DNA of 32,000 nt from Candidatus Pelagibacter ubique HTCC1062. GTDB taxonomy: Bacteria; Pseudomonadota; Alphaproteobacteria; Pelagibacterales; Pelagibacteraceae. The stretch's first letter is position 1. Each line of letters opens with the position of its first letter. Both the position numbers and the translations under genes were made by a program. Under the pieces are notes generated by a model, which was given only the letters and a program-made list of their open reading frames with translations, did no database searches and had not been told where the DNA came from. The stretch covers positions 660,001 through 692,000 of the forward strand of contig NC_007205.1 in NCBI RefSeq assembly GCF_000012345.1, written 5' to 3'. This document shows positions 24,906-32,000 of the stretch, in pieces.

Positions 24906-27290
24906 TTATTTTCCGAATGGTTTACTTATTAAAATAAGAGAGGGCAGTAAAGTTAATACTGAAATCATTGCAAGTAACATTGCTAAACCAGTAAACACAC
25001 CAAAATAAATTGTGGGTATAAATTTAGAGAAAACCAAAATTGAAAACCCAAAGACAATGGTTATTGAAGTATTTAGGATTGCAACACCCACTGTTGAGTG
25101 ACAAACTTTTAGTGTTTTATTATAGTCTTTAATTTTTAAAAACTCTTCTTTAAACCTATAAATGTAGTGAATACTATTGTCTACTGCTATTCCTATTGTG
25201 ATTGCAGCAATAGTAATAGTCATCATATCAAGGGGTATTCCAAGCAGGCCAATAATTCCTAAAATAAAGAAAGCTGCAATAAAATTAGGAACAACACCAA
25301 TAAGAGATAGTTTAAAATTTCTAAATAAAATCATAAACATTGCAAAAATTCCAACCATTACTAAACCCAATGTGAGTATTTGAGATTTAAAAAGGCTTTG
25401 GAGTAAATTATTAAACAAAATTAAAACACCCGCTAGTTTAAATTCTTCTTTGCTAAGTTTTAATTCATTTTCAAGGTCATAGTTTATTTGGTTTATTAAA
25501 TCATTTCTTCTTAAACCATCCTGTGAGTCAATAATTCTAAGGCTTATCCTAGCCTCATTATCTTTTATGGATATATAAGGATCTATAATATCTTTTTTTA
25601 TAGTTTCTGGAATTTTTGAATAAAGCACACCCATTTCTAAGGTTCCAAGGGGCTTGTTATTATTTAATTGTGTAGCAACTTCAATAATTGAACTAAATGA
25701 TAAAACCTTTCCAACTGCAGGAAGATTATCTAAATAATTATGAACATTTTGAATTTTTTCAATTTTGTCTTTTGTAAACCAGTATTTTTCATCATCTTTA
25801 CTGCCTTCATCATCCCAGCTTTCAAATTCGTCATCTTCGGTAGTCTCTACTATGATATTTTCAGGAAATTTTAATATAACTTCTAAAGGTGTCGTGCCAC
25901 CTAGTTTTTCATCAATAAGTTTCATGCCTTTATAAATCTCAGTATTTTTATTAAAGTAATTTATAAAACTATTTTCAACTTCAAGCTTACTTATTCCAAC
26001 AACACTTAAGACGACAACCAAACCTGTTACTAAAAAAATTATACTTTTATTATTAATAGAAATTTTACCAAAAAAAGAAGTAATTTTAGAATCTGCATCT
26101 TCTTTAATTTTTACTTTATTGCTAGACATAAAGCTCAATAGAGTAGGGAGTAAAGTAAATGTGATTATAAAAGAAGTTATTAATCCTAAAGTCATCATCC
26201 ACCCAAAATCAATAATAGGTTTTATGCCACTAAAAACTAAAGATAGAAAAGCGCATATAGTTGTAAGAACTGTATAAATAATAGGCCAAAACATCTTACT
26301 AGTTGTCATTATAATAATTTTTAAATTATCTAAATTTGGAAAATCTTCTCTTAATTGTAGAAACCGGGTACTCATATGAATATTCATTGCCATAGTTAGA
26401 ATTAACATTAAAGCAATAAAGTTTGAGGATATAACAGTAACCTTCCAGCCTAAAAGACCAAGTAGACCTGTCATAATTAAAACTGAAAAAAAGCAGCTAC
26501 TAATTGGAACAATAATCCATATTAGTTTTCTAAATATAAACCACAGAGTAGCAATAATAAATAAAAGAACTCCTAGACCAAAAACAATAATATCACTTTT
26601 AATAAATGACATCATATCATCTGTGATCATTGGAATACCACCTAAGTATATTTTTCCAACATCTCCATAGGTTTTAATAACCTCTCTTATTTGGGTGATA
26701 TTTTCATGATTTTTCTTTTTTAAAGTATCTTTATATTCTTCAATTTCTTGAGCTGATTTATTTTCAATATCTTTTAGTTCATCTTTTTTTATATAAACAA
26801 TAATGCCACTTGTTTTACCATCCTCACTTATTACAAAATTTCTAAAAACTGGACTATTTAATATTTCATTAAATCCTCTTTCAGTATCAACACCTTCATC
26901 TTTTAAAGTTTTAAAACTTTCTAGTCTTTCTTGAAGAGGTGCTTCTGAATTATTTAATAAAGGGATATCAAGTAGTGTAATAACGCTATGAACCCAATCT
27001 AGACTTTGAATTTTATATTTTAAACTTAAAAGATTATTAATAGAAGATTCAGTAACCATTCCCTCATTAGGAGAATAAGTTAAGATTAAAAACTCTTTAG
27101 AACCATATCTTTCAGTGACTTCTTTCAAGTATTCAAGATCAGGATCCCCTTCAATTAACAAAGTATCAGATGAGGCATCTAGTCTAAAATCTTTAGAAAA
27201 ATACCCAAAACTTAAGAGAGTAATTAACAGTAATATAAAAATTGATTTAGGATTTTTTAAAACAATATTTTGATAAAATAGAGAAAGCAT
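24906..27290 (-). CDS. RND-superfamily exporter (MMPL/HpnN-like, COG1033-type; two 6-TM bundles with a sterol-sensing-like domain)
   Basis: 794 aa. The topology is TM1, a periplasmic domain of about 190 aa, 5 TM, TM7, a periplasmic domain of about 200 aa, then 5 TM. This is typical of the predicted RND exporters. Confidence 0.8.
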   Translation of the reverse strand: MLSLFYQNIVLKNPKSIFILLLITLLSFGYFSKDFRLDASSDTLLIEGDPDLEYLKEVTERYGSKEFLILTYSPNEGMVTESSINNLLSLKYKIQSLDWVHSVITLLDIPLLNNSEAPLQERLESFKTLKDEGVDTERGFNEILNSPVFRNFVISEDGKTSGIIVYIKKDELKDIENKSAQEIEEYKDTLKKKNHENITQIREVIKTYGDVGKIYLGGIPMITDDMMSFIKSDIIVFGLGVLLFIIATLWFIFRKLIWIIVPISSCFFSVLIMTGLLGLLGWKVTVISSNFIALMLILTMAMNIHMSTRFLQLREDFPNLDNLKIIIMTTSKMFWPIIYTVLTTICAFLSLVFSGIKPIIDFGWMMTLGLITSFIITFTLLPTLLSFMSSNKVKIKEDADSKITSFFGKISINNKSIIFLVTGLVVVLSVVGISKLEVENSFINYFNKNTEIYKGMKLIDEKLGGTTPLEVILKFPENIIVETTEDDEFESWDDEGSKDDEKYWFTKDKIEKIQNVHNYLDNLPAVGKVLSFSSIIEVATQLNNNKPLGTLEMGVLYSKIPETIKKDIIDPYISIKDNEARISLRIIDSQDGLRRNDLINQINYDLENELKLSKEEFKLAGVLILFNNLLQSLFKSQILTLGLVMVGIFAMFMILFRNFKLSLIGVVPNFIAAFFILGIIGLLGIPLDMMTITIAAITIGIAVDNSIHYIYRFKEEFLKIKDYNKTLKVCHSTVGVAILNTSITIVFGFSILVFSKFIPTIYFGVFTGLAMLLAMISVLTLLPSLILISKPFGK

Positions 27291-27311
27291 TCACAGCTAA
27301 TATATTGGATA

Positions 27312-28730
27312 TTAGTTAATTTGAGTATCTTTAAATTTGGTAAACATTGCTTCAAATTCTACCATAACATTACCCGTTGGTCCGTGTCTTTGTTTTCCAA
27401 TAATAAGCTCTGCTAGATTTGACACTTCATTCATTTTTGCTTGCCATTCAGCATGCTCAACAGTTGCAGGTCTAGGCTCTTTTCTCTCTAAGTAATAGGC
27501 CTCTCTATATACAAACATTACAACGTCAGCATCTTGTTCAATTGATCCAGACTCTCTTAAATCTGATAACTGGGGCTTATGATCATCTCTTTGTTCTACT
27601 GCTCTTGACAACTGTGATAGAGCAATTACTGGAAGCTTAAGTTCTTTTGCCATTGCCTTAAGTCCTTGAGTGATTTCAGAAATTTCTTGAACTCTACCAT
27701 CTCTATTATTTCCAGATCCTCTCATCAATTGAATGTAATCTACAACAATCAAGTCTAAACCAAATAATCTTTTAATACGTCTTGCTCTGTTGCTCATAGC
27801 AGCAATACTGATAGCTGGCGTTTCATCTATATATAAAGGAAGTTCAGAAATATTCTTTGATGTCTCAATAAATTTATCAAATTGCTCATCAGAAATTCTT
27901 CCACGTCTTATATCGTTTGATTTAATTCTAGATTGTTCTGCTAAAATTCTAGTTGATAATTGTTCAGAAGACATCTCTAATGAGAAGAAAGCTACTGCAG
28001 ATTTCTTTCCACTTTCTTGTAGTTTTTGAGCAGCATTAAAAGCTATGTTTGTTGCTAAAGCAGTCTTACCCATTGAAGGTCTACCTGCAATAATAATTAA
28101 ATCTGAATTATGAAGCCCACCCAGTCTATCATCTAGGTCTCTTAGACCAGTAGGTACACCAACGATCCCCTCATCATTTTGATAAGCAGCTGAAGCCATC
28201 TCAATAGTTTGTTTCATCGCTTCATCAAATTTAATAAGTGATGAATTGAAAGAACCTTTTTCAGCAAGATCAAATAATAACCTTTCTGAATTTTCAATTA
28301 TATTTTGGCCATTAACATCAAGTGCATTTAGTTTTGCAGCGTCAATAGTATTTTCAGATATTTTAATTAATTCTCGTCTGACGAACATATCATAAATAAT
28401 TCTTGAATATTCTATTGCTTGTCTTGGAGGAGTAGAAAATTTTGTAACTTTTACTAAATACTCAGGAACATTTAACTCGTCTTTTTCATTTTCAAAATAA
28501 TTTTTTAAAGTTATGGGGTTTGCAAGCATCCCTTTGTAAATTAGGCTTTCAATTGCTGAAAAAATACTTTGATGCATTGGGTCATAAAAGTTAACACTTG
28601 AAACGATAGTATTTATTTCATCAAACGTTTCATTTTGAACTAGTATTGATCCAATTACAGCCTGTTCTGCTTCAATATTGTTTGGAAGTTCTTTAAAAGT
28701 ATCTTTAACTAGACTGAGGTTATTTTCCAT
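27312..28730 (-). CDS. dnaB: replicative DNA helicase DnaB
   Basis: 472 aa. It has the N-terminal PNNIEAEQAVIGSIL, Walker A GRPSMGKTA, FSLEMS, Walker B LIVVDYIQLM, the QLSR arginine-finger region and IIGKQRHGPTG. There is no intein-sized insertion. Confidence 0.95.
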   Translation of the reverse strand: MENNLSLVKDTFKELPNNIEAEQAVIGSILVQNETFDEINTIVSSVNFYDPMHQSIFSAIESLIYKGMLANPITLKNYFENEKDELNVPEYLVKVTKFSTPPRQAIEYSRIIYDMFVRRELIKISENTIDAAKLNALDVNGQNIIENSERLLFDLAEKGSFNSSLIKFDEAMKQTIEMASAAYQNDEGIVGVPTGLRDLDDRLGGLHNSDLIIIAGRPSMGKTALATNIAFNAAQKLQESGKKSAVAFFSLEMSSEQLSTRILAEQSRIKSNDIRRGRISDEQFDKFIETSKNISELPLYIDETPAISIAAMSNRARRIKRLFGLDLIVVDYIQLMRGSGNNRDGRVQEISEITQGLKAMAKELKLPVIALSQLSRAVEQRDDHKPQLSDLRESGSIEQDADVVMFVYREAYYLERKEPRPATVEHAEWQAKMNEVSNLAELIIGKQRHGPTGNVMVEFEAMFTKFKDTQIN

Positions 28731-28797
28731 GAAGAAATCTTATCTTAATTAAGATTTAAAAAAATAAAAAATATATGCTGGGGAAAAAATTGTATAA

Positions 28798-29256
28798 TTA
28801 TTGAATAGTATCAGCTGTAACTACATTAATAGTAATTTCAGAATCTACTTCAGAGTGTAGAATAATTTTAACCTTAAATTTACCAATTGATTTAATTTCA
28901 GTTATTGGTTGTATCATTGAAGGTTTAATATCTAGTTTGTCATTTTCTAATATCAGTTTTGAAATTTCAGTTGGTTTAACTGATCCATACAATTCTTTAT
29001 TTTCAGTGCTTAATTTTTTAATTTCGTATTCTTTATTGTTAATTTGTTCAGAAATTTTTTGAGCTTCTTTTTTCTTTTCAGTATCTTTTTTACTTAGCTC
29101 AGATTTAATCTTTTCAACTTCTGCAATATTTTCTTTTGAAGCATAAAGAGCTTTTTTATTTGATATTAAGAAGTTTCTGGCAAACCCTCTTTTAACATCT
29201 ATGATTTCTCCAATAGATCCAATTCTTCTTAAGTTTTCTAAAAGTATAACTTTCAT
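28798..29256 (-). CDS. rplI: 50S ribosomal protein L9
   Basis: 152 aa. It has the MKVILLE....G..G....VK.G.ARNFL N-terminus. It follows rpsR with no gap. Confidence 0.9.
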   Translation of the reverse strand: MKVILLENLRRIGSIGEIIDVKRGFARNFLISNKKALYASKENIAEVEKIKSELSKKDTEKKKEAQKISEQINNKEYEIKKLSTENKELYGSVKPTEISKLILENDKLDIKPSMIQPITEIKSIGKFKVKIILHSEVDSEITINVVTADTIQ

Positions 29257-29535
29257 TTAAATTAACGCTAAATTTCTAGCTCTCTTAATAGACAGAGATA
29301 GCTCTCTTTGTTTTTTTTGTGAAACATTCGTAATTCTTGATGGTAAAATTTTACCATTTTCAGACATATATTTTTTTAACAATCTGATGTTTTTATAATC
29401 AACTTCTGGAGCACCCTTAGCAGATAAAGGGCAAGTTTTCTTAAATTTATATTTATTAGGCTGAAAGATGCTTAGCTTTGCAAAATTACTTTGACTACCT
29501 TTCTTTTTATTTCCTGCTCTTTTTTTTGATGGCAT
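29257..29535 (-). CDS. rpsR: 30S ribosomal protein S18
   Basis: 92 aa. It has the CP......DYKN...L..Y.SE.GKI.P.RIT.....QR.L...IKRAR.LAL core and a basic N-terminal extension. Confidence 0.9.
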   Translation of the reverse strand: MPSKKRAGNKKKGSQSNFAKLSIFQPNKYKFKKTCPLSAKGAPEVDYKNIRLLKKYMSENGKILPSRITNVSQKKQRELSLSIKRARNLALI

Positions 29536-29537
29536 AA

Positions 29538-29903
29538 TTAGTCTCTATTATATTCTTTTTTATATTCTTTTTTTTCGTATTCATCTTTCTTTGAAAAATA
29601 TTTAGCCTCTAAATTAAACTTTTTAACTTTAACTGTCATATATCTTAGAAGATTTTTATCAATTGCTTCATTTTTTTCTAATTCATCAATAATTTTTCCA
29701 GGACCTTTAATCTTAAAGTGCATATAGATACCCTTTTTATTCTTTTTAATAATGTAAGCTAAATTTAACAAACCCCAATCTTCAGTTTGTACTATTTCTC
29801 CTTCATTTTTTTCAACTATTTTAGAATATTTTTCAGTTAATTGCTTAACTTGCGCTGGGCTGGTATCTTGTCTAGCAACTATTGTGTGTTCGTATAAATT
29901 CAT
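29538..29903 (-). CDS. rpsF: 30S ribosomal protein S6
   Basis: 121 aa. It has the M..YE...I.R.D N-terminus and WG...LAY.IKK...G.Y, with a Lys/Glu-rich tail. It is the first gene of rpsF-rpsR-rplI. Confidence 0.9.
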   Translation of the reverse strand: MNLYEHTIVARQDTSPAQVKQLTEKYSKIVEKNEGEIVQTEDWGLLNLAYIIKKNKKGIYMHFKIKGPGKIIDELEKNEAIDKNLLRYMTVKVKKFNLEAKYFSKKDEYEKKEYKKEYNRD

Positions 29904-29989
29904 AATTGTTCTTTAATAAAAAGTGAGGATATACTATTATAATTATTGAATTACAACACTTAAAACCATAATAAATTTTAGATATTTAA

Positions 29990-30922
29990 ATGTTTTCTGT
30001 TATTTTTCCAGGTCAAGGCTCACAATTAGTAGGAATGGGTAAAGACCTACATGCTAAATATAGCTTAGTTCAAGATCTATTCAAGGAAGCAGATGAAACT
30101 CTTGGTTTCTCACTATCAAATCTTATTTTAAATGGTCCTAAGGAAGAATTAGACTTAACTGAAAATACACAGCCAGCAATATTTTTGCTGAGTTACTCAA
30201 TATTTAAGTTAATTAAAGAAGAGTTTAAAATTGATTTAGATAAAGCAAAATTTTATGCAGGACATTCTTTAGGAGAGTACTCTGCACTAACCGCAGCAGG
30301 GTCATTGTCATTTTCAGATACTTTAAAGATTTTAAAAATTAGAGGTAATGCGATGCAAAACTCTGTTCCAAAAGGAGTGGGTGGAATGGTTGCAGTTTTG
30401 GGTTCTGAAATTGAAATAATAAAAAAAATTATTGATGAGAATAAAGATAAATACGAATGCTTTATTGCAAATGACAATTCTGTAGGTCAGATCGTTTTAA
30501 GTGGAAAAATTGAAGACCTAGAGAAAATTATGGTTGATTTGAAAGCTTCAAATATTAAAAATATTAAATTACCAGTTAGTGCTCCGTTTCATTGTAAATT
30601 GATGAATAACGCAACACTTGTAATGAAAGAAGAAATAGCAAAATTAAATTTTAATGAACCTAAAAACATCCTTATTTCAAATGTAACAGGAAAAGAAATA
30701 TCTAATTCGAATGAACTAAAAGAATTACTAGTTAAGCAAATTGAAAGTAGTGTTCGTTGGCGTGAGAGTGTTTTGTTAATGATTGAGAAGGGTGTTACAG
30801 AGTTTATTGAAATAGGACCAGGCAAAGTTTTATCTGGATTAATAAAGAGAATTGACAAAAATGTTAAAGTTAGTGCAATAAATTCAGAAGAGGATATAAA
30901 GTTAATTAATATCAATGAGTAG
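29990..30922 (+). CDS. fabD: malonyl-CoA:ACP transacylase
   Basis: 310 aa. It has FPGQGSQ..GMG, the active-site GHSLGEYSAL, and the NDNS.GQIV.SG and SAPFH motifs. Confidence 0.9.
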   Translation: MFSVIFPGQGSQLVGMGKDLHAKYSLVQDLFKEADETLGFSLSNLILNGPKEELDLTENTQPAIFLLSYSIFKLIKEEFKIDLDKAKFYAGHSLGEYSALTAAGSLSFSDTLKILKIRGNAMQNSVPKGVGGMVAVLGSEIEIIKKIIDENKDKYECFIANDNSVGQIVLSGKIEDLEKIMVDLKASNIKNIKLPVSAPFHCKLMNNATLVMKEEIAKLNFNEPKNILISNVTGKEISNSNELKELLVKQIESSVRWRESVLLMIEKGVTEFIEIGPGKVLSGLIKRIDKNVKVSAINSEEDIKLININE

Positions 30923-31652
30923 TTTAAAAGATAAAAATATTATAGTCACAGGTGCTTCAGGTGGAATTGGCAATTCAATAGTTGAGAAGTTAAACCAAAA
31001 TGGTGCAAATATTTTAGCTACTGGTACAAGAATTGAAAAACTAGAAGAGTTAAAAGAAAAATTTAATAATATAAAAATACTTAAATTTGATATTTCTCAA
31101 CATGATAAAATCGAAGAATTTATAGAAAATGCTACCAAAGAACTAGGTGGATCCTTAGATTGCATTGTTAATAATGCAGGCATTACAAAAGATAATTTAA
31201 CTATTAGAATGAGCTTAGAAGAGTGGTCAAAAGTTATAAATATTAATTTAACCTCTACATTTCTAATGTGTAAATATTCGATTAAAAAAATGCTTAAAAA
31301 TAAATCTGGAAAAATTATCAATATAACCTCTGTTGTTGGGCATACTGGTAATGTTGGACAAGCAAACTATACTGCATCTAAAGCAGGTATAGTTGCAATG
31401 TCAAAAAGCTTAGCTATTGAATATGCAAAAAAAAATATTAATGTTAATTGCATATCCCCAGGCTTTATAAGCACTGCTATGACAGATCAAATAGATGAAA
31501 AATTTAAAGAAACAATAATTGCTAAAATTCCATCTAATAGACTGGGTAAACCTGAAGATATTGCTAATGCAGTTAATTTCTTAAGCTCAGATCAGTCAGA
31601 CTATATTAATGGAGAAACATTGCATGTTAATGGAGGCATGTATTTGGGTTGA
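30915..31652 (+). CDS. fabG: 3-oxoacyl-ACP reductase (SDR)
   Basis: 245 aa. It has TGASGGIG, NNAGIT, the catalytic S...YxxxK (NYTASKAG) and ING..LHVNGGMY. It overlaps the fabD stop by 8 nt. Confidence 0.9.
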   Translation: MSSLKDKNIIVTGASGGIGNSIVEKLNQNGANILATGTRIEKLEELKEKFNNIKILKFDISQHDKIEEFIENATKELGGSLDCIVNNAGITKDNLTIRMSLEEWSKVININLTSTFLMCKYSIKKMLKNKSGKIINITSVVGHTGNVGQANYTASKAGIVAMSKSLAIEYAKKNINVNCISPGFISTAMTDQIDEKFKETIIAKIPSNRLGKPEDIANAVNFLSSDQSDYINGETLHVNGGMYLG

Positions 31653-31700
31653 CAAAACTACTTTTTGAACTATTAACGAAATATAACAAAAAGGAACATT

Positions 31701-31940
31701 ATGTCAGAAGATATTTCAAGCAAAGTTAAAAAAATTGTAGCAGATCACTTAGGTATTGATGAAGCTAAAGTATTAGACGATTCAAGCTTCATAGACGATC
31801 TTGGAGCAGATAGTTTAGATACAGTTGAGTTAGTAATGGCTTTTGAAGAGGAATTTGGTTCAGAAATTTCAGATAGTGAAGCTGAAAAAATTCTTACTGT
31901 AGGTGACGCTGTTAACTTTATAGCAGGAAAAGCAAACTAG
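31701..31940 (+). CDS. acpP: acyl carrier protein
   Basis: 79 aa. The phosphopantetheine attachment motif [19 protein letters not shown] is present. An AAAGGAA Shine-Dalgarno-like sequence lies 6-12 nt upstream. Confidence 0.95.
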   Translation: MSEDISSKVKKIVADHLGIDEAKVLDDSSFIDDLGADSLDTVELVMAFEEEFGSEISDSEAEKILTVGDAVNFIAGKAN

Positions 31941-31947
31941 AAATTAA

Positions 31948-32000
31948 ATGTCCATAAAAAAAGATGGGATAATGGTAATTTTATCATCCCCATCTGGGGC
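31948..32000 (+). CDS. gmk: possible guanylate kinase, first 17 codons only (runs off the window)
   Basis: ATG at 31948 gives MSIKKDGIMVILSSPSG(A).., matching the start of alphaproteobacterial Gmk (..G.M.V.SSPSGAGK P-loop). Only 53 nt are visible, so the call is tentative. Confidence 0.4.
   Translation, partial: MSIKKDGIMVILSSPSG

Noticed and set aside
28735-28757. Hairpin or 14-bp perfect palindrome (atcttaattaagat, 28742-28755) just upstream of dnaB, considered as a terminator for rplI or as an operator. It shares the 10-mer TTAATTAAGA with the SufU-like/mobA spacer.
   Set aside because: The stem is almost purely A/T and there is no U-tract on the correct side for the minus-strand rplI transcript. 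For a 10-mer with 9 A/T and 1 G in about 30% GC DNA, my rough estimate is about one chance occurrence per 32 kb on both strands. The shared core is therefore not significant.
7265-31321. Remaining short antisense ORFs in the track: 7265-7450, 7526-7732, 9914-10099, 11186-11407, 20761-20967, 25177-25383, 27790-28029, 30253-30477, 30589-30915 and 31097-31321
   Set aside because: Each lies wholly within and opposite to a well-supported CDS. None has recognisable domains or independent signals.
1-32000. Search by eye for CRISPR arrays, rRNA/tRNA genes, transposases or integrases, known defence or toxin-antitoxin gene pairs, and riboswitch-sized leaders
   Set aside because: There are no regularly spaced repeats and no ORFs with recombinase, nuclease or defence-type motifs. 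Outside 15074-16378, intergenic regions are at most about 90 nt, too short for known riboswitches. I therefore do not claim any such feature.

Overview
The window is very AT-rich, with about 23-30% G+C in hand-counted samples. Genes are tightly packed: many neighbours are 0-10 nt apart or overlap, and I saw almost no recognisable terminators. The gene content looks alphaproteobacterial. My guess is a streamlined marine SAR11/Pelagibacterales-like chromosome, which cannot be confirmed without a database search. I support about 36 CDS and found no rRNA, tRNA, CRISPR array, transposase or integrase.

Content from left to right:
- 1-977: the 3' end of an FAD-dependent oxidoreductase gene, then a small SAM-methyltransferase-like gene.
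- 987-8601, minus strand: a six-gene unit of SufU-like, HPP membrane protein, fdhD, fdsB, fdsA and selO. It encodes an NAD-linked molybdenum formate dehydrogenase. mobA-moeA are transcribed divergently from only 43 bp away.
- 10554-14853, plus strand: a four-gene unit of EamA transporter, creatinase, glycine-amidinotransferase-like enzyme and threonine aldolase.
- 14846-16368: a small accessory-looking islet, described below.
- 16379-22836: yajQ, slyX, an HI0933-type flavoprotein, an MFS transporter, and gshA-gshB-EamA.
- 22918-32000: cvpA-purF, an RND/MMPL exporter, dnaB, rpsF-rpsR-rplI, fabD-fabG-acpP, and the first 17 codons of a gmk-like gene.

The only locus that looks accessory or recently rearranged is 14846-16368. 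There, a 61-bp imperfect direct repeat duplicates the 5' end of a 75-aa gene. The two repeat copies bracket a 1.2-kb segment carrying one GC-richer gene for a secreted polysaccharide-lyase-fold protein. A second 32/33-bp repeat with 11/12-bp periodic ATCGAGTT motifs lies upstream of both genes.

I do not see a recognisable defence, toxin-antitoxin or secretion system. The remaining findings are unusual gene associations: SufU-like, HPP and SelO inside the FDH operon, and a possible glycine-yielding guanidino-compound operon. These are hypotheses from gene context, not demonstrated systems.
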